Assembly (NCBI RefSeq): GCF_021028975.2
Contig: NC_059429.1
Location: forward strand, 47,430,001-47,494,000
Length of the DNA stretch: 64,000 bases
Reading direction: 5' to 3'
Source: Sphaerodactylus townsendi
Lineage: Eukaryota
Below the pieces are notes generated by a model. The model did no database searches. It was not told the DNA's origin and was given only the letters and a program-made list of their open reading frames with translations. This document shows, piece by piece, positions 1 through 14,752 of this stretch; position 1 is the stretch's first letter, and every line of letters begins with the position of its first letter. A program made the position numbers and the translations under genes.

Positions 1-2192
1 ATAGTGCAACAGCACAGTCATCACATGATGGCTGCACCCATGAATAAATACCCACAGACAGTTCACACTGGTCATGTGGACAGATCCTGGATGGCATGAG
101 CCAGCCCACTGATGCTGCAAATTAAAAAGACTTAGCTGGATGACCCTTCAGAAAGCATAAATGTTTCAAACATTTCCTTAGATGTTAGATTGTCACTTAG
201 CAGTGCCATAATTATATGCTGAAGTCATTTTGCTGTCATTTGTAGGGTACTTCCAGACAGAAATAAATTGCAAGTGTCATGCAAACTGGATTGGCATGCT
301 TAACACATTCAAACTCAGTTAATCTTCATTCTGACTGCTGCTAGTCAAAATGAAGAAGCAGTATTAAAGGGGTGATAGCTTTCAATATCATCAACTCCAT
401 CACCTTGGCTTCCTGCTCGTTTGTCTTCTTTCTTTGTGCCTTCTGATGCTGGAGAAGCTGCCAGTTGGAATTGCCCTTTGAAGTCCAGGTATTTATTTCA
501 TTTAATGTGCTATGATGAATCTGACATTTTTCCAGCTGCTATTTCTCACATTCAGAAAGAACATCAATTTCTGCAAAACTGACAAGGCAGGTGTTGGACG
601 GGAAGGGGAAAACCCTGCTGGAAAAATATTCTTTAGAAATCAGCTTTTTGACACCACTGCTGTATGTGTACAGTCAAACTAGAGGGAATGGACACATTGT
701 AAATTGCTGTGAATGCTTAGCAATTATAGAACCATAACCTATACCATTAAATGTAGCATAAACATTGGGAATTCCTTGTACTAGCTGCACATACCTTAAA
801 GCAAAATACTGTGTGCCCAGGACAAGAATTTGGCCAAGTACACCTGAAACAGAACAAGGTAATAGAGAGAATTGTACTATTTTACAACACAGGTGGAAGG
901 ATCACATTTTTAAATGCTTTGCCATGTTTTAAAGAAGATTCCCAGCAAATAAAATCTGGAAAAGCATTGAAAGGTATTCCTTGTGCTACATTTGTTTTCT
1001 ACTTACAGGATTTAAAAAAATAAATAAGAAGTATTCAAAATGTTATTCTCAATCTGCATTCTGACATGGTACAGTCCACTCCACATCACCTCATTGTGCT
1101 GCAAATATAGACTCAACCATAGAGATCTGACAGTGAATTCAAGGAGATTGTCCCTTCCTGTTCTTTTCCTTTTCTACTCATCCAAGCAAGAGTGCCAAGT
1201 ATAAACAATACTAGAAAGGTAAGAAAAAGTAATTCAGAAGCAACTGTGAAACTCTGGGTCATAATACGAAAAGGCCAGAGGAACAGATGGCGTTATTTTT
1301 GAGGTGCATCTTCAAAGTGCTTGCTTGGCAAAATCTTAACAGATGTTACTTGGCAACAGTTTAAAGGAGTCGTCCTAAGGTTTTCAGCTTCTTTGATGAT
1401 CTGATCTTATTTCACATAAAGAACTGCAGGCCAGAATTCATACAATTCTTGCAAAGACTGAAAAGAATAGGTTTGTATTGGTAATTCTGGATTTTAAAAG
1501 GTTTTATGATTGTATTATAAATTATGTTGTGACCTGCCCTGAGTCCTGCAGGGTAGGGTGGGATAAAAGTCAGATAAATAAATAAATACCCCGAGCTTTC
1601 TATGTCACTGTGGTTTGCCTGAAGTTATTCTTAATAGGAATCAGAGATTTGTCTCAAACTTTAATGCTCTGAAATGACAATGGATCTTTCCTGAATGGTT
1701 AGTTACCCTGCAAATGTGCAGATACGTGCTTTGTATATATGGTGTCTTGGAAGCAACAGTTTCCAATATAGAGTGCAGAAGAGCACTTCTGACATTATGA
1801 TTATGGCTTATATTAAATTGGATGATGATCAAGTGGTTGAGGCCAAAATAAGAAGACTGGTGCTATCTATGATAACTATGATCTCATTTCTGGCATAATG
1901 TAATCTTAGCACTTTTTATTTCTTGCAGTTTTGCAAAACAATAATTAAAAATGATAACAATTCAATAAAATTAATTATAATTAAAAATAACAGGACTAAG
2001 AACAGGAGGGACCCTCTAAAATTTACCAGTGTCAAAATGGCATTCTAATGAAGAACCTGTGTGGGTCCAAAAGCTTTCAAAAATAGAAGTGGTTACTGAA
2101 CTAACAGATTCATTGAAGAGGTCTTTATTGGTTATCTAACATTAAGTACAAATTCAACCTTCACCAGCAATTGGGTTAAACTGACCTATTGA

Positions 2193-3420
<1,228 letters not shown>

Positions 3421-4208
3421 AGACACTGAGACCAGATGCATTGGGATGGTTTGTTTTAGAATTGACTGCAGTTCAACTGATCTGAAAAGATAAGTTGGCT
3501 CTTTTCTTTGCATCTTTCTCCCTCCTTGTTTAGAAGGGACCAGGTGTTTTGTTTTTTAAACAAGCAAAAGAGAACAAGATCTTGCACATATGCTTTTAGG
3601 AATACCCATGGCTTTTGTTTCAGAGTAAATAACAGTAGATTTCTTTTTAATGAAGCCATCACATTTATCACTTTTTAAGGAAGAGCATCAGATTTACCAC
3701 GAATAATTAGAACCCCGTTATCTTCACAAGATTTTTAAGATTGTATGCTTGCATAAACAGTAGGAAAGTTGGGCATGGATATTACTGAAGGGGCATGTTT
3801 TCTGTAAAATCTGAGCAAGGTTCTTTAAATCACGGGTGAATATGCCTTTGGAAGTGCAAGAACTGTCATTGAAAAAGTGCATACATTCACTTTATTAGCA
3901 TGACAGCTCATTGCAGTCATATTGTATTTCTGCACACAACTGCAAAAAGTTTAAAGATGCTTTATCAGCCAACCCAGTATGGATTTCTGATTGGTTTTAC
4001 CAGAATCTGTGGCTTGTTCAAGTCCATAACTGCTTTTAGTCCTCTGGTAACTTGAAATGAAAGTTAATATTCTCAGCTGTGCTATCTTTAAATGAGGCAT
4101 AGGTTCTTACATTTTTCTGCAAAAAAAAGACTCTTCAGCTGCAGATATGAAACCCTTGCATCCCAAATTCATACACAATTAGTAATCCATGTTTTCTTTA
4201 ATTTGAGT

Positions 4209-5214
4209 CAGGGGCGTAACGAGGCAGCCCTGGCCAAACTGTAGCCCTGGGCAAAACCTGAGTTGGATGCCCCACCCCCACCCCGGACGGCCACTCCACC
4301 ACGACCGAATTTATTTTTGCACCAGGACATTGGTGCCTACAGGGGGTGCGTGTTTAGACATATCAGCACCAAAATTTCAGCATATCATCAGGAGACTGTC
4401 CTTATGCTACTCCCCAAGTTTGGTGAGGTTTGGTTCAAGGAGTCCAAAGTTATGGACTCCCAAAGGGGGTGCCCCATTCCCCATTGTTTCCAATGGGAGC
4501 TAATAGGAGATGGGGGCTACAGTTTGAGGGTCCATAACTTTGGCCCCCTGAACCAAACTGCACCAAACTTGGGGGGTGCCATCATCTCCAGATGATACCC
4601 TGAAATTTTGGTGCCGATACATCCAAAAATGCACCTCCTGCAGGAACATCCTAGAAATTTGCCCAAGAATCTTTGTTCTGCATTGAGTTTTCTGCATTGC
4701 TGTGAGTGGGGGTTGCAGGCTGTGGGGGGCACATTTCTGAAGGCACAGTCTTCGGGGAAGAGGCGGCCTATAAATCTAAAATATAAATAAATAAATAAAA
4801 TAAAACTTTCAGGGTCTCATCAGGAGACTGCCCTAATGACACCCCCCTAATGACACCCACCCTCCATTTGGTGCAATTTGGTTCAGGGGGGCCAAAGTTA
4901 TGGACCCTCAAAACTGTAGCCCCCATCTCCTATTAGCTCCCATTGGAAACAATGGGGGATAGGGGCACCCCCTTTGGGAGTCCATAACTTTGGACTCCCT
5001 AAACCAAACCTCACCAAACTTGGGGGGTAGCATAAGGACAGTCTCCTGATGATACTCTGAAATTTTGGTGCCGCTAGCCTAAAAACTGCACCCCCTGCAG
5101 GCCAAAAATGGAAAACCAGTAAAATACCCAAAAACGAACCCAGCATTTTGATGCCCCCCACAAGGTGATGCCCTGGGCAGCTGCCCACCTTGCCCAATGG
5201 GCATTACGCCAGTG
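4209..5214. mobile_element. Non-autonomous hAT DNA transposon with long internal inverted repeats
   Basis: Perfect 8-bp TSD ATTTGAGT (4201-4208, 5215-5222); imperfect TIR CAGGGGCGTAAC / ATTACGCCAGTG; internal inverted arms ~4336-4569 and ~4868-5101; LINE-like (TAAA)n tail fragment nested at ~4751-4803. Confidence 0.9.
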
Positions 5215-5456
5215 ATTTGAGTTATAATCTTAACTGAACATGCTTCAGGTAGGTGTATTTACCATATTATCATAAGATTCTTTGCATAATCACGCATTGT
5301 AAAGACTCAATTTGAGAAATGGTAATTTTTAAATCTTACAACTTGTATGTAAGATAACATAAATGTCTTACAATATTTATGTATCTTACATAAATACAGA
5401 CTTCACTTACTAATTTGTTAGGTCAAAAAACATCTGTTGAGATGTTGAATGATGGG

Positions 5457-5922
5457 CAGTGTAATCCCAGGGGGGAATCATGCCTTAGCCAGGGATGGGA
5501 CTTGCATGCCACGTCCGAAGAGGCTTGCTAAACTGCAGACAGTAAGTGGAACACCACGCTGTCCCTGTCCCCGGGAAGTGGCCTATGCGTTTCAGTGGGT
5601 TTTGCTGGCATAAATCTGTGCCAACAAATGGGGACATTCCCAGCCCAAAAGGGCTTGGGAAGCTGATTAAAACCAGTCCCACAACTGGGGACATTCCTTC
5701 TGCGCTGGCATGGGCTTTTGCGCCAAAGGAGCATGGTGCTGCAGTGGCACTAGTGCCTAGTCGCTGTGCTTCTACATGGCTTCCTGGCATTAGTGTAAAT
5801 GCCTCTTTGCTGGCATAAATGCCCCCTTTTGCTGGCTGAAGTGGCATTTACACCAGCACGGGGGTCACACCATTTCATGAGCAGTTTTTTTTGGGGGGAA
5901 GGGGGTGCTTAGGATTGCACTG
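5457..5922. mobile_element. Non-autonomous DNA element with CAGTG(C/T)AATCC...GGATTGCACTG termini
   Basis: Terminal inverted match; similar GC-rich elements at ~43180-43716 and ~61335-61793; no TSD resolved. Confidence 0.5.
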
Positions 5923-8900
5923 AATCAATAATTCTTGGATCATCTTTAGACTCCAGATAGGAAAATCACTGAAGTAGATGGCTCTGTGGGAACATGAGAG
6001 CTATTTTTTTTTCATGTGTAGTTTGGTGCAATTTTTATTAATGTTCCCATATATAAGTTGAAGTACATGTATAAGTCCAAGTACATTTTGCATCGTTCAG
6101 TTTCAGTTTGCTGGTGTGCCCCATGAGCTGTAATTGGTTTCCAGGGCATAAGACAGTCATGTCAGGAACCACCTAGGCAATCGGTTCAGACAGGCAGAGA
6201 GGAGATCAGCCAGCCAGAAAATGAAATAAAAGCAGTCAGCAGAGTCTGATTTGGGAAATGGCTGAAACAGATTAGCGGCTAAGAAAAACTAGGCTGTTTA
6301 ATAATACAACAGCAAAGTACAGCAAACATTGTCCATACAGTACCAGCTCCTAAAAATCAGCATATATCTATATCTGTTTGGGTGCTATCCAGAGACAGTC
6401 CCATTTAATTATATAGCATTTCACATATTTGAAAAATGTGCCATGTATCTTGTAATTACATCAGAAATTATAGAATTATGTGCAGCTAGATAATTGTCAG
6501 TAAACGGAGGAAGACTCTGAAATTTCTTGTTAATTCAATATACCCACAAAGTGTACCACAAAGTGCTTCATTTTTGCTTAGTTCACTGCTATGCATCCTT
6601 CCAGATAACCTCTGCCAAGACCCAGTAATTTCACCTGTGTCAACACTAAATGTCAGTGTGCTTGGATTATTCAGTTACTACTGGGGAGGAAATATGGCAG
6701 AATTAGCGAAACTTACAGGTTTTCTACAGCACTTTGCATTAGTCAACCTCTTGTTTTGCTTTTTTCTAGTGAAAGGGCACACCCAGAACAGAAACTCATG
6801 CAGATATATAGAGCTGGGGTCTATGTATGCCTCACAGTTGTACACATATGCTAAATGTAAACCTTTTAACGTACATAACTCCAGTCCTTAAATTACAAGT
6901 AGAAAAGTGTGTCCTGGGAAGAGTTGGGTTAGACACTGTGTTAGATGTAGTAGCCTTTTGGTCCCTAATCCAAATAAGGTACCTTAAGGGTACAAAATGC
7001 CTTTGCTTGTTACAACTCTTTCTCCTTTTCTTTTCTTTTTTGCCAGAAAACAGACATCTCAAGGATCACTGGGGATGATACATGTAGCTGAGTAAGTCAA
7101 GGAGTAGGCTATTCAGATGCCATAAAAAGCATGCATGGTTATTTCAGAGAAACAATTCACATATCTTTTTACTTCATATTGCCATCAACAGGAAAAGAGG
7201 AGGATTGAGAAAAAGTGAAAAAGGAAGGGAGAGAAAGTGAGAGACTGGAGTGAAAAGAAGCAGGGCTAGATAGTTGGAGTACATGTGAAGGATGCACCTC
7301 CTTAGAGTGATCTGTTAACCTATTTTCTTCTCAACTGTGAAAGACTGCTGAAAGTATAAAATATATGTTATAGTCTAGTTCTTTTGTTTTCATTGAGGCA
7401 TCTAAAAGAAACTGAATTTGTATTTTGAATTATTTATTTATTTACTCTTAAATCTGTGGTCCATTTTTCTTCTTCAGACAAGAATTCAAAGATGGCTACG
7501 CCCTGAGCAAGTTACATTTTAGTACTCCTCTTTTCTTAATCTTGCAAGATAGTACATTTGACCTAATGCTATAGTGGGTATCTTGTATGTTCAAATAAAC
7601 TGGAAATTTGCGGGGGTGATATGAATATTAATTGTATATAGTACAGTATAACTAGAGGTTTACATTAAAATACCTTAGTTATTCTGATCAAAACAAACAC
7701 AAAATTTTGGTCTGCTAACTTGAGGATTAAATGCAAAATCAAATGTCTTATCCATTTCTTGTGGACCTAACTTCATAAACAACAAGATCTAGCTTAAGGA
7801 ATCTAGACTGGTATTTTATAAACAGGTACAGATGATTGGTTTATTAAATATGGGATCCTTATGTTTAGAACATGCTGATTTATTGGTGAAGCTTAAAATC
7901 ATGCCAGAGCTTTCACTAAAACTATCTGGCAGTACACTTCTCCCCAAGTTTTTAGATCTCACCCAAAACTTTCCATCTTCAGTTCTATATATGAGATAGG
8001 GGGAGGCTATTGGTTAAGGAAAAACACAAAATTACTTAGTTGCATAAACAGAATTCAGAGTGGAACAACATTAGTTACTGTAGAGTACATGCCTAACTGG
8101 TATGTAAAATATTTAAGGAATAAGCTGTTGTCTGAATGCTCCTAGCAAGACTTGGATGTAATTGTGAATTTGCATGTAAAAGACATTGTAAAATATCAAT
8201 TCAGTTATTATCTTGGGTCAGGGAAAATCATTAAAGATCATGATAAATATTTCACTTTCTCTGCATTGAAGTGATCATAATTTGCAATACAAAATAAGTT
8301 AGATGGACACGAAAATTGCATTCGTTTTTGATGGAACACTCAAATAATTCCCCCATGTGCACGTTGCAACCTATCCAGATATGCACACAGTCAAATGATC
8401 AAAGGATGCAATTGACCTGAGCAACTGAGTATATCGGTGGTGTTAATGTTTAAACAAATGAGACCAAGTTGTCTAAACAGTCAAAAGATCTGGGAAACCC
8501 TTAGCCATAACCTTTTGAACAAGATATTGGTCAGTGCTCACTGGAAGAGGAAAGACATTTGTCTGAATCCACAAGAATGAGCGTGAGGGCTGAACAGAAC
8601 TCAAAGCAAGTAATTTTTTTAAATGGTGGGTTTTCAGTAATTTTGGCATGAGCTGCAAAGTTGAGGGGATCTAAACTTCATTTGGTATTATCCTATGGTT
8701 GTAGAGAAAGTTACTATGTAGCAGCAAAGTTACTATGGAGAGAATATCAGATAATTAAGAAAATATGTTCATTTCCCTTTTTGTGGGTTTTTTGGTGGGG
8801 GGAATGATCTAATACTATGCAGTATATACATTTACAAAATAATACAGGTGGGGGCATAAAACACCATATTGACCTCATGACCACAGTGACCTCATTAAGG

Positions 8901-9345
8901 TTGAGAAATACTTAAAATATGAAGTTCCAGGTTATTGTTTTCCCTGTATTCTATCTCTCAGGGTTCCACTTTCTGTTAAAAGCTATATACAGCAGTGGAG
9001 GCTTTTTCCTCATGCACAGCTTCCTACAGATTTTCCCAGGGATCAGATCTTGAAAATGTTTTCTGTGAAATCATTCCACACAGCTCCATCCCCCCTGTTG
9101 TTTTTCCCTTGTCTCTTCAGTTGTATTTATTCCACACACTACTGCTGAAAACATATTACTTCTAATGGTAGTGTCATCCATGACAAAGAAGAGTAACCCT
9201 CCTATTCAGCCATTTTATCCTCCCCCTTAACTCCATTTCAAAACGAATTTATTATTATTTTTTCTCCATCACATTAGCAATGTAATGTAAGGACATAGAC
9301 ACAAGCTAAGTAGATTTTATCAGTTTTGTCAGTTTCACACTGAAT

Positions 9346-9485
9346 GGCCCTTCCACACACGCAAAATAATGCATTTTCAAACCACTTTCACAACTGTTTG
9401 CAAGTGGATTTTGCCATTCCGCACAGCTTCAAAGAGCACTGAAAGCAGTTTGAAAGTGCATTATTCTGCATGTGTGGAATGAGCC
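9346..9485. mobile_element. PIF/Harbinger-like MITE
   Basis: GGCCCTTCCACACA...TGTGGAATGAGCC termini; 3-bp TSD AAT; near-identical copy at 47326-47466. Confidence 0.8.
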
Positions 9486-11224
9486 AATGAGATAAGGCTG
9501 TGTCCGCAGTTAGGAGCAAGTTTTTAATTGTCAAAGGAAGTTGCTTTTGCAGGAGGAAATTGACAAGAGACTGCTGCCATAAAGCATCATTGTTATTGCA
9601 GAAAACATGTTATTCCTGATGGCGGTGGGATGTCATCTGTGACACAGAAGAACATTCCTACCTTTTTTTCTCTTGTTCAGGAGCTCTAGTGTTACATTTT
9701 GAAGCAGCTATTAAAAATGTCTCAGCCTTCATTTGTCCTATTGAGAACTACCAACTCCAAATGGAAGACAAAATGGCTTCTGGAGCAGGCACCATTATCT
9801 GAGGAAACAGAAACACAAACCCATATGAAGAATCACATTTTCTGGCCAAATTCAATCTTCAGTAACACACAATTGCTGTTACGAGCAATTACTCGTAGTA
9901 CTCTTTCCGATCAGCCAAGTGTCCAGCTTCAAAACTGCTCTCTGCTCTAACATTACATCCCAAATTCTCTGTGAAATTTTCAAAGCTGCCCAATTGACCC
10001 TGCTTCTTTATATCTGCTTCCTTATATCTTTATATTTGGCCTCAACATTACATCACTAGTTCCATATGACAAAGAGAAAATGGGTGAAGAGGAGGTTGGG
10101 CAACTACAAGGGGCAGGAATAAGGACTAGGTATTTGGAGGGGTGGAGAAATAAAGACTGTTTCAACATGATAGCAGTTTCAATGGAAACTGGCTCAGAAA
10201 TAAATAAAAAACAAGGAAGAAAAATGAAGGGAAAATGTTTATGGAACCAAATGGAGGAACAAACATGTGGAATTCAAAGAAAAAAGTAGCAATATGTGTT
10301 GTAAGTGACTTGTGCAGAAAAGGTCTCTAGATGAGATGTCCAAATGTGGGTGTTAGGCATTGCATTTTGTTTTCTTCCTGCAGTCAGGATTCTAATGCAA
10401 CTTACCTGGATCCTCTCCACTAAATGCCATTTGAAATAAACCATCTTATGTTCCTTCTTGAGCAAAAGTATTCCCCACAGCCCCTGATATAACTGTTGAA
10501 CCAGAAGATGGCTGTCTGAAGAGTGTAGCTAGTGAATGAGTGAGAGTTGTATACAGAGAGGTGCAGGCAAAGGGTCAAGACCATGAAGCACTTAAAAATA
10601 ATAACCAGCACTTTGAATTAGGTTTGGAAACAAATAGATAACCTGTATGATCTGACAGTTTTTTGTTTAGTGTTTTGAGTGAGAGCAGGCTGCCCAAAGC
10701 TCGGCAACTAAAGGGGAAGTAGTCCAGAGTTGCAACTGCCTGAAAAAAAAAAGCTATGTTCCTTCAGTAGAATCTAATGGTATGATATTTACCCCCAAAT
10801 GGCCAGGATATGGCACCGGAGTCACCCTGCCCTGCTGTTGCCAGGAGGGCTTTCCAGCAGCATGGGAAGCCAAACAGGCAAACAAAAATCCCTGCCTCCA
10901 GAAAACCCTCCATACAACTCCCATGGACTTACACCACCAAAAAGGTGGTGCAAGTCCATGAGCCAGGCACCAGCATTTCTGGCAGTGAAGCGGCCATACC
11001 TCCAGAACACCCCATATTATGCTAGCATAGGCAGTGAGGGTCAGGAGCACTGGCATGGCATTCGCCACCACATCCAGCTGTTTTGGCAGGCTACAATGGT
11101 ACCTTCTGGTAGATTTACCCCTCCGCTGGGGCAAGTGCCCTAGGGAGGGTGAATCCTCCAGCAGAGGATTGGCTCCCCCTCCTGCCTCCGCTTTGGATGG
11201 GAAAGTATGACTCTATCCAAAAGC

Positions 11225-11774
11225 TGCCACCGTTTTTTTTCGCGACGGAGGCTAAGCGGCTGCAGGTCGGGTGCATTCTCGCCTACCCGATGACGCTTTG
11301 GGACCGTCTCGCGATGGACAGTCCTTCCAGAAAGAGCGGCGGCCACGGTGCCATTAGAGCCGCCGTCTAAGCCCGGCCGAGCCGGGTATGTCCCTGGGCC
11401 TCACGACGCGTCAGCCGAGGCCTGAGGACACGCCCTCAGCCCTGCGCCAGCCTCCCTCCAAAGCGCCGCGAGGGAAGGGGAAGCGTGTCCCCAGGCCTCG
11501 GTGACGCGCCGGAGGCCCGGGGACAAGGTAAGTGCAGGGAGGGAGGGGGGGAGGCGCCTTGAAGCCGCTGCCGTTCGCACGGCAGCGGCTTCAAGCCGGC
11601 GTTCCTGGGAAAGTGCACTTCCCAGCGCACTCCGGAAATGCCGGCTTGGTGCCGGTCGGGCGGCACGAGGGCGGCGCGGCTGCGATGCAGCTGTGCCCCC
11701 TGTGCGAATGGCGGCCTGGGGACGGCGTTTTTGCCGTCCCCAGGCCACCATATTCCGCCCGTGCAGAAACTGCC
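11225..11774. mobile_element. CpG-rich Harbinger-like non-autonomous element (left end not resolved)
   Basis: Shares internal blocks (gaggcctcggcgacacgccgga, ctggggacggcgttttt) and the TGCAGAAA..GCC right end with the element at 58246-58693. Confidence 0.6.
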
Positions 11775-12372
11775 AAAGACACAGGACATTTTCCTCAAAG
11801 TAAAAATTCCATATATTTCAGGGGTTTCGTGCCTAGACTTTGCTTCCCATACTTTGCTACCCATGTGGTAGGACCAATGAAGAGGCTGTAATACTACCAA
11901 GACTATAGCTGTGAGGCTGTGTTTTTTTAAAAATAGAATATCACGTGAGTGGAAATCTCAGTGCCAAAAGATGATAAATAGTCCAGTTTTTAATAAGTAA
12001 AGTTAATGAATGTCATATACTGCCTCCCTGCCATTAATTAGGTTAATTGATTTCTTTACATTGCACATTAATACGGGTAATATCTCTAGTTACTGAGTGA
12101 TCATTTAAGATAGTTCCTTTGCAGGTTTGGCAGTGATCCATTTACATTACCTTGGGGGATTAGCCCTAGCTAGTGAGAAATGCAGATGCACATTTTTAAA
12201 TGATGGAATTATTTTATCATTGTTCTGCTTTATTTACACAATACCAGTCCATACTACTAATTTTTTCCATGTGATGCTTATACATTGCATACAAAACATT
12301 AGTATGTAGCAATCTATGCACACAATAAATTGTGTTCTTCTCCTTTTCTTCCTGTTAATTTTAGGAACCACT

Positions 12373-13010
12373 TAGAGTTGCCAGGTTTGGGTTGGGAAAT
12401 ACCTGGAGCTTTCAGGAGTGGAGACTGAGGAGGGCAGGGTTTGGGGAAGGAAGGGAATAGGGTATAATGCCAATCCAATCAAAGGCTTTATTGGCATCTA
12501 GAGGGTATAACACCATTGAGTTCACCTTCCAAATTGGCCATTTTCTCTAGATCAGGGGTAGGGAACCTGCGGCTCTCCAGATGTTCAGGAATTACAATTC
12601 CCATCAGCCCCTACCAGCATGGCCAATTGGCCATGGCCAAGAATTTTAGGGTTCTTTTGCAAACAAATAAATCTGCTAACACAATGCCTAGAGTGGAGTG
12701 GTACTAGGGCTGTCAACCTCCAGATGGTGGCTGGAGTTATCCTAGGATTGCAAATGATCTCCAGGAAACAGAGATCAGTTCATCTAGAGCAGGGGTAGGG
12801 AACCTGCGGCTCTCCAGATGTTCAGGAACTACAATTCCCATCAGCCTCTATCAGCCCATGCTGACAGAGGCTGATGGGAATTGTAGTTCCTGAACATCTG
12901 GAGAGCCGCAGGTTCCCTACCCCTGCTCTAGATGAACTGATCTCTGTTTCCTGGAGATCATTTGCAATCCTAGGATAACTCCAGCCACCATCTGGAGGTT
13001 GACAGCCCTA
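12373..13010. mobile_element. Older hAT-like element (TAG(G/A)GTTGCCA termini) hosting a MITE and an inverted duplication
   Basis: Termini TAGAGTTGCCAGG / GGTTGACAGCCCTA; 7/8 TSD GAACCACT (12365-12372) vs GTACCACT (13011-13018). Confidence 0.65.
12553..12925. mobile_element. Palindromic hAT-Charlie-like MITE interrupted by an inverted duplication
   Basis: TIR CAGGGGTAGGGAACC; perfect TSD CTCTAGAT (12545-12552, 12926-12933), fitting the NTCTAGAN Charlie target preference. Confidence 0.85.
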
Positions 13011-13078
13011 GTACCACTCCATTCTAGGCATTGTGTTAGCAGATTTATTTGTTTGCAAAAGAACCCTAAAATTCTTGG
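12637..13078. repeat. 442-bp near-perfect palindrome (219-bp arms, 4-nt spacer)
   Basis: 12637-12855 is the reverse complement of 12860-13078, with two mismatches found by eye. Confidence 0.93.
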
Positions 13079-13224
13079 AGAGATGGGAACTATTCATTTT
13101 TCATGAAACCAAGCAAGCTTTCTGTTTTCGTTCCCTTATTTCCTGAGAAGGAAAATGCTGTTTGGCAAAGCTAACCTGTTTTTAGACTTCTTTCCTAGTT
13201 TTCCTCTGTTCTTGAAGAGGCTAT

Positions 13225-14400
13225 CATTAGATCCTATGGATTTGGCCATCTACTGCCCAGTCTCAAATTTATTGTTTCTGGGCAAGGTAGTTGAGAGGGT
13301 GGTTGCGGAACAGCTGCAGCTATTTCTGGAGGATGCATTAGTTTTAGATCCCTTCCAGTTTGACTTCTGGCCTGGCCATGGGATGGCGACTGTGCTGGTT
13401 GCCATCACAATCAAGCTTTGAATGCAGCTTGACCGAGGTGGGTCAGCTCTACTGGGTGTGATTAGACTTCACCGCAGTATTTGACATGGTTGATTACAAT
13501 ATTTTTGTCCACCTCCTCACCAATGTTGGAATTTGGGGCACAGCCTTGAAATAGTTGGCCTTGTTTCCCCAGGGAAAGCAGGTGATACATGGCCGGGAGA
13601 CATCCTAGAGGCATCCACTTGACTGGCATCCACCCATAAAAAGCCTGGATGTGACCTTGGAGTCCTCCATTTCTGTGGAGGCCTAGGTCTCCAATATAAT
13701 GAGGATCACCTTTTACCATCTTCAGCAGATTAGGCAGCTGGCCCCCTACTTCTCCCACCTGACCTAGCCACTGTGATCCATGTGATGGTCACATCCAGGC
13801 TAGACTACTGTAACTCACTCTACCTGCCCTTGAGACTGACTCAGAAGCTGGTACTGAATGCAGCAGCCAAACTTCTCATAGGTTCATTTGTGAAAGATCA
13901 TATAACACCTGTGGAATTCCAAGTCAGGTTCAAAGTTTTGGTTATACTCTAAGGCCTTGCGTGATCTGGGACCATAGTGTCTATGGAACCGTCTCACCAC
14001 ATACAGCCCACAAAGGACTCTTCTGGTAGTCCCTGGCTTCAGGGACATGCGATCAGCCTCCAGCCTGGTGGAACTCTCTGTCAGCTGACACCAGGCCCCT
14101 GTGGGATCTTAAACAGTTCTGCAGGGCCTGCAAGACAGGAATGTTCCACCAGGCTTTTGCTTGAGAGCAATCAAATGTCCCAATACCATCTACTGGACTC
14201 TCTACAACATGCTAACTTTAGCATCGCCCTCTCACGACATTGTCCATGCTTGAATAGCTCTACAAGGGCTTGTGTGTTATCTGGGCTGGGCAGGTTTTAA
14301 TAGGCTTAAATCTGATGTTATCCTGAGTTTTAATTATAGTTATATTTTATATATCGGTGGAATTGTTTTAAAACGTTTGTGTGCCACCCTGAGCCTGACT
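13225..14400 (+). mobile_element. L2-clade LINE, decayed ORF2 RT and 3' end
   Basis: LDPMDLAIYCPVSNLLFLGKVVERVVAEQLQ...LDPFQFDFWPGHGMATVLVA resembles the L2 YRPVSNL...DPFQSGFRPGHGTETAL motif; internal deletions. Confidence 0.8.
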
Positions 14401-14640
14401 TTGGTCACTCTTTCATAAAATTAGATTGTAATCTTAAACACACTAGGGAGTAAGTGTATAACAATTTATCTGCCTTAGCTCATCCTCCACTAGACTCACC
14501 CTCAATTATATTTGACCTAAGGGAGGAGAGACTCCAAAAGTCTCCATGTGGGGCTCCCTCCCCTCCCTTGAAAGATCCTGCAGCTCTTGGGGGACATTGT
14601 GTAACCACTGAGCCTATCCATCCCTAGTAGGAAACTGCAT

Positions 14641-14690
14641 TGGAAGCAGGCAGAGTTGGTTAGTACTTGGATTGGAGACCACCAAGGAAA
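14641..14690 (+). mobile_element. 5S rRNA-derived SINE head fragment
   Basis: ggttagtacttggattggagaccaccaaggaa resembles the 5S internal control region (ggttagtacttggatgggagacc); partial only. Confidence 0.5.
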
Positions 14691-14752
14691 ATGGGTTGTT
14701 ACACATGATAAATCTGACTGCATGGGGTGCTGATTACCTGGTGCTGATTACT

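Noticed and set aside
14641-14690. 5S rRNA gene
   Set aside because: Only ~45 nt of diverged similarity; better explained as a SINE head
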